A DNA stretch of 64,000 nucleotides. It comes from Octopus vulgaris. Lineage: Eukaryota. Below the pieces are notes generated by a model, which was not told the origin of the DNA, did no database searches, and saw only the letters and a program-made list of their open reading frames with translations. The position numbers and the translations under genes are program-made. This document shows positions 11,694 to 24,862 of the stretch, piece by piece. Numbering within the stretch: position 1 is the stretch's first letter; the number at the start of each line of letters is the position of its first letter. Where the stretch lies: positions 10,230,001-10,294,000 of the forward strand of contig OX597825.1 of NCBI GenBank assembly GCA_951406725.2, in the 5' to 3' direction.

Positions 11694-12473
11694 GTTTCGT
11701 GTAGTGGTGCGATAAATGTATGGCATCAAGTCCTCTCTGTTAGTCTATTCTATTATTGTCTTCAGTGAAACTCCAATACAGAAAAGAACTCACAACCAAA
11801 TATTCCGCTTGTTATGTTTGCCATTAAAGTAACAAGTTATGCATGACAGATTATTTAAATGAATTCTTTTATATATATACTTAAATGAAAGAAAGACACT
11901 ACCAGGATTTTGTTTGTTTGTTTGCTTTTCGTATGTGGCATAGTATTTCTTATTCAGTTGGAACGGTAACGGAGCAATTATACTGAATAGTTACAAGTTG
12001 CACAACTCCTCTTTTTTGCAGGTCACAAGTCAAAATTCTCTTAATGGCGCCAATGGCGTAGCTAAATGGGGGAGCGAGAGGAGCATGGGGGAGACACAGC
12101 TGCCCCCAGCACATTTTCCCCAAATTGGCGCCTTTTTAACAGTCTCTTTTAAAACTCTTTAGTTCACTTTTGCAATAAAAGTCGAATCTCTTCATTCTTT
12201 TCTGTTAATCGCATGGATTAAGGAAACATTTCTGGAGCCATTACTTTATTTGACCAAACTCCCGTGTTTTTGAACTATCTGCTCGATTTCCTACGATTTG
12301 TTGGTGGCCGTTGACATCTGAAGAAACAAAACAAGCCCTGGCATTTTAACCCCTCGACACCAGACGATTCCGTACAGTTTCCCGTCACACCTATATCAGT
12401 AGCTGTATGTTTCATACATAATGACATGGTTACTGAAACGTAGTAAACGTAGAAACAATTACGCATCTTATAA

Positions 12474-12706
12474 CTACTCTCTTTACTCTTTTTACTTGTT
12501 TCAGTCATTTGACTGCGGCCAGGCTGGAGCACCGCCTTCAGTCGAGCAAATCGACCCCAGGACTTATTCTTTGTAAGCCTAGTACTTATTCTATCGGTCT
12601 CTTTTGCCGAACCGCTAAGTTACGGGGACGTAAACACACCAGCATCGGTTGTCAAGCGATGTTGGGGGGAGGGGGACAAACACAGACACACAAACACACA
12701 TACACA
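12474..12706 (-). mobile_element. SINE family B, 3' half
   Basis: ctcttttacttgtttcagtcatttgactgcggcc...ggttgtcaagcgatgttgggg. Confidence 0.9.
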
Positions 12707-13458
12707 TTTCGCGAAATATAAAAGAAATGAGTTAAAAATTGTCTGGTATGTATTACAGCGCCGTTTTTCATGTTTTCTTTCCCCACCACCACCACCAAGT
12801 TTGGAACCTTGCAAGGCTTCTGGTTAGCACCAGCATTGATATATTTTCTATGACTACAGCTGACTTTGTATCCGATAAGATCACTATATTAATAGAATAT
12901 TTTTCAGTGGCCAACCTGTAATAAACCCAAAATATGTGATATTAACTCTTGATATATTATAGTTCTATCAGCGAAAATTCGCCATCACGTGTAATATTCG
13001 CAAATTCACTCGGATTGATGAGTTTTCTTGATGTCTTAATTGATTTTCCATTAACAAAGTTAGTTTTATTGTAGTTACTAATTGGAATATATTGTAAGTG
13101 GGTTTGGATAAAAATAGTTCCTCGTGCACAGTTGTCAGCTTCAGCACTAATTTGTTCAACTAATTTATTTGACAATCTTATCAATTTTCGCCCGCCAATC
13201 ACTATGAGAACGTCGCCATATTTAAGCACCATACACAGAGTGTTGCTCAAATATATCACTCAAATCCATGTTTTGCAATCATCATGAGGCCCCGCCACTA
13301 CATCACATGCCCGTATCGTTTACTCACTATTGCTGTTCTTGGTTTGATTTTGTCCATTCTACATGCGGTAAATATGTCGACAGACTCTGCCCTCTTGAGC
13401 ACTGTACCCAGGTTAACATTATGATGGTAGGTGAAACTATTTCATTTGTTTTGATCCA

Positions 13459-13496
<38 letters not shown>

Positions 13497-13501
<5 letters not shown>

Positions 13502-13616
13502 GCCTGCTCGCTTAGCCAGCGGGGTGGCGTCATTTGAAGGCTAAAACAATGCGAAGCGCATTGTGACCAGCGATGTGTAACAACATCTGATAGCCTGGTC
13601 GGTCACGGTGATCACG

Positions 13617-13620
<4 letters not shown>
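13497..13620 (+). mobile_element. Short interspersed repeat (probable retroelement 3' end) inside (TA)n; second copy at 26475-26596
   Basis: tgttggcctgct...gtgaccagcgatgtg.aacaacatctgatagcctggtcggtca shared by both copies; ends in tandem TCACGGTGA. Confidence 0.75.
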
Positions 13621-13653
<33 letters not shown>

Positions 13654-13658
<5 letters not shown>

Positions 13659-13801
13659 GGAAAGTTAGCGAAAATAAACAAAAGACGAAGGCAGGTGGAA
13701 TACAAACAAACAAATGTATTAGTATAGCGCTCAGGAATAGAAAAAGTCTTTTACGTTTCGAGCCTACGCTCTTCGACAGAAAAATACACAGAAAAAAACA
13801 A

Positions 13802-13803
<2 letters not shown>
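13654..13803 (-). mobile_element. Penelope-like terminal-repeat fragment carrying a minimal hammerhead motif; related copies at 29190-29335 and 46305-46497
   Basis: Minus strand ttt-CTGTCGA-a-gagc-gtag-gctc-GAAA-cg-TA-aaa; flanked by (TA)n. Confidence 0.65.
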
Positions 13804-13848
<45 letters not shown>

Positions 13849-14390
13849 ATGATATGATATGATATGATATGATATGATATTGAATAACATTTCTCTCCTG
13901 ATGTTCCAGTGTAGGAATCAAATGAATGAAATTCTGATAAATTTCTCACAGACAAAATGGTTAAGTTGTCGGTTAGAAGGCTTATAGCATTCAATTACAA
14001 CCCTTAACGTTTTGCATCCAAATCCTGCTGAGGTCAGCTTAGTCGTTCATAGTACCGAAGTCCCTAAAATAAGATGCCAGTCAAATACTGTGACCGATTA
14101 AATGTCTCGGTAAATTATCCTCAGAGTGATTGAAATTACAATAAATCAGCATCATTAAATACTTGTCTATAGTTTGATTGAAAATATTTTCAACTCGGTT
14201 TCACAGTTAATTTTTGAATGACAACGACACGGTTTCTGGGTAAGTCACGACTCCTGACATTGTGTTATATTCTGAGTTGAGTCCTGTTTTGGCAACCAAG
14301 ACTCTTTTCTATTTCTTTCATATTCTACAGATTTGACAAACGTCAGAATTCACACTATCAATGTATTGCTTTCTAGTTTTAGTTCATAGA

Positions 14391-14814
14391 CTAGCTATTT
14401 TGACCCGGGCTTCGCTCGGGTTTTGGTGGTGGTGGTGTTTTGTGCATGTTGTCTCCTTTTCCCTTTCTTCTTTTGTTCGTCTTCTTTGCCTGGTTCTTTC
14501 TATTGCCATCTTCTTTTTCTTTTTCTTTTTTTTAATTTTTTCTTCGTCTTTATCTTCTTTTTCTTCTTTCTCTTCTTCCACTCTTTCTTTTCTCCTTTTT
14601 CCCATATTCCTCACCATGGCAACCAAATGGTAGCCCCGGGGACTTGCAACCTTCCTCACACCATTGCCCACCCCATTTAACCCCCCCACCCAGTGTAAAT
14701 TTTGGCGCCAATCCGACTCCATCTACCGCCCCTGAAACCGTTCCCATCCCAAAATGAGACAAATAACCAAGAAATCAAAACAACTTTTTCGCATTTCAGC
14801 TTTATAGATATTGA
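14391..14814 (-). mobile_element. Non-autonomous Helitron
   Basis: Minus strand starts A|TC (tcaatatctataaagctg), ends with hairpin cccgagcgaagcccggg then CTAG|T; no TSD. Confidence 0.75.
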
Positions 14815-15124
14815 TAGCAGACTATCATTTATACGAGAGCATATTTGTCTCTAGTTCTGTATCAGTGACTCGCTTTTCCTGATCGTAATTACAATTTACT
14901 TTCTCACGCATAAATAATTTTCGTTTTCTTACACATAAATAATTCCGTCAGGTTTTACTCAACAATGCTTAAAAAATTTATGAAAACTTTGCATCACAGG
15001 TGGATGCCCTGGTATAGATAGCCAAATCGGGTCTCCTAATATGTAAAAATCGCCAAGAATTACCAATCGTAATGGATAAAAATAGTTGATATAAGCCTTG
15101 ATATGAGTCTTCTACAACTCATTA

Positions 15125-15178
<54 letters not shown>

Positions 15179-15931
15179 ACACGCACACTCATGCACAATT
15201 ATACTTGTCTTTTATTATACAGAATCGATTTTTTTTTTCTGAAGTTTGATAGATGTTTTCACAATGACATGCCTGATAAATACCATGGATATCATGGTAT
15301 TTAAAATATCATGCTTCCTGATCAGTGGATATTACTTTTAAAAATATCTCTTCATATGTTAGTGACGTAATTAGAATGCAAGATTAAATCTATGTAATAA
15401 TCTGCTTATTCGTTCGTCCGTTATACTTTAGTTAGTTAGCGAGATGGAGGTGGAGCGAGTGAGAGGTGGTGTAAAAGTGAGGGAGAGAGGGGGGACGAAA
15501 TGTGAGTAGAGAATAATACACTAAGGTCGAATGCATCACGTGGTTAGTTGAAGGGAGAGATGAAGAGCGAGAGAAAAAGACGGTGAGAAACAAGTGGGAG
15601 AGAGAAGAGTTAATGACGTGCTGTAAGGGTGGAGAGGTGAAGAAAAAGAGAAAATTGTTAAAGACATGAGGAGGGGAATAACATGGTTAAAAGGTTTGTT
15701 GAAGAAGTAGAGAGAAAGAAGTATAAAGTACTTAGCAGAGTGAAATTTTAAAATCATATATCTTATTGTGACTGGAAGTGAAGTAACTTAGCAAAATAAA
15801 AAGGAAAATTATCCTTTCTTTCTTAAATAGCTTCTCTTAATCTTTTTCATTTCGAGGAATTTCCACAGGTCCCACTTAGTGCCTGATGAAAATTCCAGTT
15901 TCATCGTCAAGCCAGAATTTTGCTGTCATTA

Positions 15932-16365
15932 AGGCGGCGAGCTGGCAGAACCGTTAGCACGCCGGGCGAAATGCTTAGCAGTATTTCGTCTGCCGCTACA
16001 TTTTGAGTTCAAATTCCGCCGAGGTCGACTTTGCCTGTCATTCTTTCGGGGTCGATTAAATAAGTACTAGTTGCGCACTGGGGTCGATATAATCGACTTA
16101 ATCCTTTTGTCTGTCCTTGTTTGTCCTCTGTGTTTAGCTCCTTGTGGGTAGTAAAGAAATAAAAATCGTTAGCACGCCGGACAAAATGCTTGGCGGTATT
16201 TCGTCTGTCTTTACGTTCTGAGTTCAAATTCTGCCGAGGCCGACTTTGCCTTCCATCCTTTCAAGGTCGATAAATTAAGTACCAGCTTCGTACTGGAGTT
16301 AATCTAATCGACTGGCCCCACCCTCCCCAAAAATGTTGGGCCTTTTGCCTAGAGTAGAAAAGAAT
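15932..16365 (+). mobile_element. Two SINE family A copies head to tail
   Basis: ggcggcgagctggcagaaccgttagcacgccggg... then a second aatcgttagcacgccggac at about 16164 with an alternative tail. Confidence 0.9.
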
Positions 16366-16569
16366 GTTGCTGTCATTGTTTAAAACATTAACTATCTCAG
16401 CCACTGTTCAAACATGTTCAACGTATAATCGGTCAATTTTTCAGGTATAATGGTAGATTTATCATGGCTCAAAATTTGCTTTTTCTGATCACTTCGTGAA
16501 GTTTATCACATACACTTTTTTTTCAATTATTAAAACTATTTCTAATGCCCACAAGCCAACGAGATAACC

Positions 16570-16762
16570 TCTGCATGATCGATTGACCTGCAAGTAATAG
16601 CACCCAAATTTCCTTGGAATCACACTCTGTTACTTTTAAAAAGAAAAGACACGTTACACATTGTAGTCCTAGATATTCAAAAAGATGGTCATAACTAGAA
16701 GCCTTTAGATTACATGATTGCGTGATCAAAGCTGACTTAAGGCCAAATAAAAATAATAACAG
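16570..16762 (+). mobile_element. Old interspersed repeat (family D); related copies near 25335-25535, 25615-25690 and 37335-37510 (-)
   Basis: Shared motif tgctagaaatagc.gcca(aa)...aatcac and a 3' gatc...agctg...gggctaaa end. Confidence 0.5.
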
Positions 16763-17619
16763 CACCGCAGTGAACCCTTCAAAATTTCGTAATCTATTCG
16801 GTTTCTTAATCCGTTTTATTTCATAATCCGTTTGGTTTTGCGTCAGATTGTAGCATCAATAAATAAGTGAATGGATTATAAACTGAATGACGCATGCAAA
16901 TATTCTCAGTTAATTGAAGATTTCCTCTTGGCTGGAGAAAGAAAGCAACCTGACGCTCGGATGTAACCGATCTCCATCGCTCACTGCTGTTGTCAAAGTC
17001 CATTCTTGCCTTTCAGCAGTGTGCGTGCACACACGTTATATAATCAGCGTTCAAAACAAATGATTGTGCGCTCAAGAAATTGCTATACGCACAAGAGGTT
17101 AGTCGCCGGAAGTAAAGTAGTAATCGATAATTATATTCATTATAAATTCAGTTCACAAATGTCAGAGGAAAAATTTTGCCCAACATACAGTTTTGCACAT
17201 ATTGACTTCTTACAACATCGAAAAGATTATTCTTCTCACTAAAGCTTGAACGCCACGTTTCGTATTTCGCATTCCATTAAAATATGGAATCTACTTCGAA
17301 ACTTGAAAGAAAACTGTAAAAATGTGATAAGTAAAGTCACTTGTTTGGCTTATTTAATGTTCATGTTTTCTCAAGAACATTAAATATGGAAAGGGCAACA
17401 ATCGAAAGTTGCTCACATAGAATTTATCATTCGCATTTTGAGGACAGCAGCTGTATAATTGATGGAAATTAAGTGATGACGAAGAAGTCCAAATTATTAG
17501 AGCGGTGGCTATCCTTTTAGATCGAGGATGATGGTCCTTGTTTTTTTTTGTTTTGTTTTGTTTTTCTTTGTTTTGGTTTTGCTATTTTTTTATTTTTAGT
17601 TATTGACAGATTCTGAAGT

Positions 17620-18380
17620 GACTGTTGAGTCCAGTTCTTGCTCAGAAGTTCCTTCCACAAGTGGGATAAAGAAATATCCTTCCACAAGTGGGACAGGTTC
17701 CTTCCTGGTTGTTTTTGTCTGTCTTTTATGCACCTCCTCTTTTCTTCTTGCTCGGCAGTCCTTCTGGTCTCAAAATCTGTTAGTCCTTCTTTGATGATGG
17801 ATCCTCAGTGTTTTCGATTCTGAGTATTTCTCTCCCAGTTCTCGGTGTCAATGTTACATTTCTTTTAAGGCGGCGAGCTGGCAGAAACGTTAGCACGCCG
17901 GGCGAAGTGCTTAGCGCTATTTCGTCTGCCCTTACGTTCTGAGTTCAAATTCCGTCGCGGTCGAATTTGCCTTTCATCCTTTCGGATGTACCAGTTACGC
18001 GCTGGGGTCGATGTAATCGACTTAATCCGTTTGTCTGTCCTTGTTTGTCCCCTCTATGTTTAGACCCCTGCGGGCAATAAAGAAATAAATATTACATTTC
18101 TTGAAGTTGGGCTTCAGAACATCTTAAATTTTTTCTTTTGCCCTCCTCTTCTTCATTTTCCTTCTTCAGTCGGGAGCACAGAAGCAGATGTCCGAATTAT
18201 CAGGGTACCAAGCAATCAGCTGAACAGTCGATATTTCGAATCATAATCTCGACGTTGTACTGTGTTCAGGAGCAAAGATACTTAACGCACAAGAAGCCAA
18301 TTTGTCTGGTTGTAAAGAATATTGGAAAGATAATTTGCTTCACCACTGTAAGCCATAAGAGATCGTAATAAAGAAGAAAG
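17620..18380 (-). mobile_element. Decayed RTE-clade LINE 3' region interrupted by a SINE
   Basis: Minus translation GGQKKKFKDVLKPNFKKCNIDTENWERNTQNR...IKEGLTDFE matches the RTE/BovB-like C-terminus across the SINE insertion. Confidence 0.75.
17865..18087 (+). mobile_element. SINE family A, full length with 15-bp TSD
   Basis: TSD aatgttacatttctt (17850-17864) / aatattacatttctt (18088-18102). Confidence 0.93.
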
Positions 18381-18467
18381 TCACCTACAGTTGACTAGAA
18401 TGATACAAAGCAAGTGCAAAGAGAAGTTTGTATTTTATTTATTTAACGTTACAATACCAGACATCGA

Positions 18468-18871
18468 GGATCTTTTCGGTTTGAACGGCAGTTTATTCTA
18501 GCGGTGTCATATGAAATTGTCACCCATAATTATGACCCTAGTATCGATCTATTGAATTTCAATCTGTTTTAGGGTTAGGGAAGGGTATATTTTTTCTTCA
18601 CAAATGTAAATAAACCCAATCTGTTTCTTAAACGTGGGACATATTCATACGGCACAGAATGTTGTTTACGTCAATGGACGTCACTGATTAGTTGAATTGC
18701 AGAAATTGAAGAAAAAACAACAACAAATATCTTACAAACTATAGACTTTTCTCAATAAAGCCAAGAGAAAAAGATGTTTTATGAAAACATTCTACCAGAA
18801 TACGAAGTTTAAAAGTGTTTAGTTACGTGGAAATTATTTAAAAAAAACTGCCGTTCAAACCGAAAAGTTCC
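18468..18871. mobile_element. MITE, Merlin-like
   Basis: TIR ggatcttttcggtttgaacggcagttt / aaactgccgttcaaaccgaaaagttcc; perfect 8-bp TSD GACATCGA. Confidence 0.9.
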
Positions 18872-19959
18872 GACATCGAAATTGAGTGGTTCGGCAGTGC
18901 TTACCTTAAATCAGAAATAATTAACAATTAAGAAAAGTCACCTGGAGTACAGTTGTGACATACCTGAAATAAAGACATGTTTAGTCTTTATCATTTATCA
19001 TAATATTTCTAGAATAATATGATCGTTCAATGGAGGAAGCAGAAGAAATAATAAATTAGTTTCTGTTTTTTTAATTTTTTTATTTTAATTGAACTTTTTA
19101 TCGAATGACACTTGTTGTGCTACGTGGAGGACATCGTTTTGTTTGTTGCGTTACGCATGATCAGATTGAAAGATAGGTGAAAATATATGAAATGCTATAA
19201 AGTGCCTTTACCTATTATGTCTAGGTATGTTGTGTAGTTATGTTATATAGATAAACCTTGCATGAGAAGTAGTGAAAGCAACATTAAATAGAAAAACAAA
19301 CAAAAGTTGAACAGCGTGGTTGATATGGTTTCAGATAATTGAATTAAACAGTCTAAATTAAGTTTTTTTCTGGCAGCATCAGAAATATTCGTCTTAATAA
19401 CAGCACAACCAACAACATCGACAATAACAACAACAAATACGGGAAAGAGAATCTGTCAAAAGTAACAGAATATATATGCAGCTTCAGAACTAATTATCTA
19501 TCGTTATCTCTCCATCCATCTAATTAATCTTATTACACATACACATTCACACACACATACATACATACATACATGAACACAACCACATTCTGTTTGTGTG
19601 GGTGTAAGAACATTTATAAATATAAATATATGTATGTGCGTGTGTGTATGTATTATGCATGTGTGTGTGTTTTGTGTGCGTGTGTATGGTTGTGTTTGTG
19701 TGTGTATGTGTAATAGGAAAAATACCCGGCGTTGCCCAAGTACTGCAACATTTTTCTTTTTAGTAAATTTTATGTCGCACTTTTTGTATTTAGTTATATT
19801 TGCATTATTCCAGACTTTACCTTTCTTCAGGGTTGATAAAATAGCTGTCATGTATTGGGTTCGATTTAACCGACTAGCCCCCCCACCAAAAAAAAAATTC
19901 GGGCGAAATATTGCATAGCATTTCGTCCAGCGCACTAATGATTCTGCCATCTCGCTGCT

Positions 19960-20213
19960 TTACTCTTTTTTATTATTTGTTTCAGTCATTTGACTGCGGC
20001 CATGCGGGAGCACCGCCTTTAGTCGAGCAAATCGACCCCAAGACTTATTCTTTATAAGCCTAGTACTTATCCTAGTACTTATTCTATCGGTCTCTCTTGA
20101 CGAACTGCTAAGTCACGGGGACGTAAATACACCAGCATCGGTTGTCAAGCGATGTTGGGGGGGGGACAAACAGACACACAAACGTGTAACACACACATAC
20201 ATACATACATACA

Positions 20214-20291
<78 letters not shown>

Positions 20292-20440
20292 TATACATAT
20301 ATACGACGGGCTTCTTTCAGTTTCCGTCTACCAAATCCATTTACAAGGCTTTGGTCGGCCCGAGGCTATAGAAGAACACACTTGCCCAAGGTGCCACGCA
20401 GTGGTACTGAACCCGGAACTATGTACCACACAGCCACTCA
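19960..20440 (-). mobile_element. SINE family B, near full length with expanded internal microsatellite
   Basis: Family B tail, body and head in antisense. Confidence 0.9.
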
Positions 20441-20696
20441 TACGTTGTTAATAAATAATTTCAGTTTTAAGATTTAAGAAAAGGCAATCTTTATGTTTTG
20501 GTTTATATATTTTCTGGTAATTCTAAATTAATAGGCGACACATAAAACAGAAACAATACGAGCAACACAGTCTTTTATTTGACTGTAACTACGGAGTAGA
20601 AAACGGGTCTTGTTCTGAAGTTTAGTGTTCTCCTGAAAAGATATTTGTATGGCCCAGCATGCAACTCAGATGTGATCAGGATAGAAACACAGACTT

Positions 20697-21099
20697 GGCG
20701 GCCGACTGGCAGAAACGTTAGCACGCCGGGCGAAATTCGTAGCCGTATTTCGTCTGCCGCTACGTTCTGAGTTCAAATTCTGCCGAGGTCGATTTTGCCT
20801 TTCATCCTTTCGGGGTCGATTAAATAAGTACCAGTTACGCACTGGGTTCGATATAATCGACTTAATTCGTTTGTCTGTCCTTGTTTGTCCTTTCTGTGTT
20901 TAGCCCCTTGTTGGTAGTAAAGAAATAGGTATTTCGTCTGCTGTTACGTTCTGAGTTCAAATTCCGCCGAGGTCGACTTTGCCTTTCATCCTTTCGGGGT
21001 CGATAAATTAAGTACCAGTTACGCACTGGGGTCGATGTGATAGACTTAATCTCTTTGTCTGTCCTTGTTTGTCCCCTCTGTGTGGGCAGTAAAGAAATA
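20697..21099 (+). mobile_element. Dimeric SINE family A with TSD
   Basis: Monomer plus a second unit restarting at ggtatttcgtctg; 14-bp TSD agaaacacagactt at 20683-20696 and 21100-21113. Confidence 0.9.
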
Positions 21100-24000
21100 A
21101 GAAACACAGACTTGGCAATTCAACTCCAGCAATCTTGAGGAATTGCTCCTGAAACTAGTTGCCGATCATTGAAGACACTCTCAAAGAAGTTTGATGATAC
21201 TTGAGCTGGGATTGCAGATTTCTAGAATGCATAGAATGAAAATATCTCTCTTGGTGCAATCAGTCATTGTGGTTTGTAAAAAATTCTGTAGCAAAATAAT
21301 ACTCGCTTATATTTACAGATTGCAAGGAGGGACAGAAGTAAGTTGAAAATGATTGCGACTTTTTGGGGTAGCTTACAGCAACGTTAATGTGAACAGCAAA
21401 GTGAACTGTCTGGTACCATCTGGATTGAACTGGTACCTGCTGAATGATGTTGGCTTGCAAATTCTTACATATCCTTAAGAACTAGTATGCTAGACCAGCA
21501 AACAACGATAGAAAACATACACCTTTACAGCGTAAACAACATATTTTCCAATATCGACGGAAGATCAGACATTTCTGAAGAAATTAGATACGTAGAAGGT
21601 ATAAACAGAACCAGGATAGAAAAAAAATGCTAAAAATAAAATACATCATCTATATTTAAGAGACATAGTTTGATGCTGCATCAGGCTTAAACTCCCACAT
21701 TGTTTGTCGTTACACAAAAACACCACCAAAAACCTAGATGTCGTCCTTGAAAAATTACCTCCAAACACGCGAATGTTCTAGAATTATTACAAGTTGAATG
21801 AATTGTTAAACAGTTCTTATTTTGCAGCTCATTGTACGATAATCACACCACTATGCACCGTCGTTCATCATGACAGAACTTGATCGTGTATAGTAAGCTA
21901 TTTCTGAGGCATAGTAGTAAAACACCCTTGGATAGTACTAAAACAATGTCCTAAAAGAATCACCGTCTCTCCCATCCAGCCTGGTCAAGAAGAACATGTG
22001 CACAGAGAAATAGTTGCATCATCAATAACCTCACTAGCTCCATATCCTGTGGGCCACAAAGGTATAATATCATATTGTTATTTGTGCAATCCAAAAGGAC
22101 CGCTTTTATATTTTGTAACAATATTACTGGTCCATTGAATGGTTTAACGAAGATTATAATTTTAATTAAAATTGTTGATATATTTACAAAAGTATAGCAA
22201 TATTATTTACAAAACATTGAAAGATTAAAATGATATAATGTTTTTAACAACCTACTCTTGTTTCAATTTTCTAATCACTCTTTCCTCATTTCCAGTTACT
22301 ATGATAAACACCTCATCTTTCCATTCACTTTCATTTTACTGATCGTGCTACAATTATTTTTCTTTCAGCCTTCTCTGATCTCACATCTCATTAGCGTCGC
22401 ACGTCCAAAGCTACACACTACTAATTACTACATGAAGATACTTGTGAAATTAAATCAGTAAGATATTTGACACAACGATTTAAATTGTAAAAAGTCATGA
22501 CTATTGTATAAGATAAAATAAAAAATTTACATCCATATTCTAATAATAATTGAATATCGAATACTGAATACTCAGCAACATTTAAGCAGTTTTGATTCTT
22601 TAAGTTACATTTTCCTGATCATCTTGCCGACTGCAGCAAAAAGGTATCATTAAAAAACATTCTTTCATGAAAAATTTAAGCAATTACTTCGTAAACTGAA
22701 ATATATCAAAAGCTGTATAATAGTTCAACAGAAAATCTTTTCCTTTCAATTTCTCCATTTATAATTCATTACTAAAAAAAACATTGATCAAATGATTTAG
22801 ATTTTGTAGAGATCTCCAATAAATTTATATTTTACATTGAGACAAAAAGTGTGAGTTCATCCATTTTCAGTATTTTAAGCAGTAAATGTTTTTTCACTTA
22901 CCGAAATGAACAGAATAACAGAGACAAACAGCGTCTCGTACATTATCGCAATATAGTTTATATGAATAATAGATTATAAGACAGGCAGGAGTGACAAACA
23001 TACTTACTTGTCCGCTTAAGGAAAGCGGATAAACTGTAAGTATCGCATTTATCATTGAGAAACAACGATTGCCTCCATTCGAAAAAATATATAGACTTTC
23101 ACAACCTGATGTACCATCCATGACACATGATTTTTACTTCATTAAATATGTAACGATTGATATGTAACAGGTGATATTTCAAAAAACAGATTTAAGAATT
23201 TGCTTATTTTTCAGTTGCGTTGGTTCAAAAGACACAAATATTTCTTGTACAGTGCAAGCCCCAAAATGTCTGCCCTCTCCTAGTATAAAGCAATCAAATT
23301 TAATACTACATTATTCTATAAAATAGTTAATATACATTTAGGATGCTTAGGTCCAGACATTTTTGTTTTAAATCATTATTTGCTGATCCGATTTGTTTTT
23401 AAATTTTTGTGTATACAGAATCATTTCCCCGTTCAACAATGAAAAAAGAAACGTATAATCAAATGCATTCTAACCGTTGCCATCTTATCCTTTAAAGGCA
23501 AAAATTAATCCTAGACATTATTAATTTATGTCACCCTTTTTAAAAAGAAACAGTCTTACCATAGCAATTTTCAAACACATTCTTTGGTGGTTCTAATCAA
23601 TGTTCGCCTTTTGCTCATGAAGGATTATTCAAATTGTTTATCATAAATTGTATTGATATTAATCTTTATTGTTGAAAGATAGACATAAAATGTTACAAAG
23701 AGAACTCGCGTTAGTAGGTGAGCATTGCAGAAACACGTTAACGTAATTTACGATGGAAAACTCAGGCATCACATAGCGCCTGATAAGGTCTGCCCTTTCA
23801 ATATGACATGCGTGTGCCAACAAATCGTGGGGCATAAGTGGAGGTAGGCTCGTTAGGAAGGCCAGAGAAGACGTTTGTCAAGGCAAACCATGGATTCGAA
23901 CTCATGTGGAAAAAAGAGAGGGCAAGACGCCCGAAGATTGCCCGGGAGATTGCCTGGGAGGAATTGATACAAAAGGAACAAAAGACAACAAGAAACTAAA

Positions 24001-24862
24001 TGAAAAGAAACACACAGAAGAGAACGTATTCAGAAACTTTGAAGAGCTTTTGTTCCTCCGGGAATCCGAATAGAAATTATTACATTAACAGCTTGGCAGT
24101 CCTAATATAATTTACACGTTAAATTCGCGATTAAATTTCAATATTTCAATTAATTATTTAACAGTTAATATTGATATTGGAATTAATTATGGATTTGTTG
24201 AATAAATTAATATCAATTAAAAATTTTCAAGCACTCTATTCTGCTGTACAAATACTGCACTAAAATGTTCTGTTATAATGCATGGCAGTATTTTTTACAT
24301 TATTATGGCATTCGCTGCTTTGTATTGTTCTACTTCTCATTTCTGTTCTAAACCACCAAAATCCATTGCTTTATACAACTTTCTATTTTTAGTAAAACTG
24401 ACATAAATTAATACCACTTTTCTTATTCATCTTTCTATTCCTTCAGCAACACACAACAGATATGAAAGGATCCTAGAATCAGCATAATCTGGCTGATGTT
24501 GGATTAAACTTATAATTTGTAGAAAGTAGCGTTGCAAATATTTATTCAACTTCTGTGTTACCAGAAGTACAAACAGACGTGGGAAAACGCTATTTTTCAG
24601 GATAAAATAACGACGTGGCTATGAATAAAAGTGAATTTTGATATTGAATTGTGCCATTAAAAGTTTTAGTTGTAAAAGAATCTTGTAAACTATATTTTAA
24701 TAAAATATATTAAATTTGGAACTTATAAGAATTTCCTAAACAGTGTAGACTTTTATAATTGTTTTCTTTCAGTAAAAGTTAAATACTCCAAACTAATTAA
24801 TAGGCAACTCTACATTCAACCATTTTTGCTCTTGGATTCCTTTGATTCTTACTTAACACTCT

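Noticed and set aside
11073-11768. Long poly-Asp, poly-Met, poly-Ile and poly-Ser ORFs (acidic or reflectin-like appearance)
   Set aside because: All are frames of a GAT/GAC trinucleotide array with no flanking complex coding sequence, no convincing splice sites and no reflectin motif
15882-15910. CTGATGA hammerhead or C/D-box-like motif
   Set aside because: No stem II plus GAAA follows, and no partner box or terminal stem
17869-17955. tRNA genes suggested by box A and box B motifs
   Set aside because: These are tRNA-derived SINE heads without a complete cloverleaf and run directly into SINE bodies
18568-18580. Telomeric TTAGGG repeats
   Set aside because: Only two units, internal to a MITE
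22590-23285. Possible minus-strand exons (strong AA|GTAAGTA donor near 23008, acceptors near 23280 and 22695)
   Set aside because: All three frames contain stops across the candidate exons and no protein family is recognisable; a decayed or non-coding exon cannot be excluded
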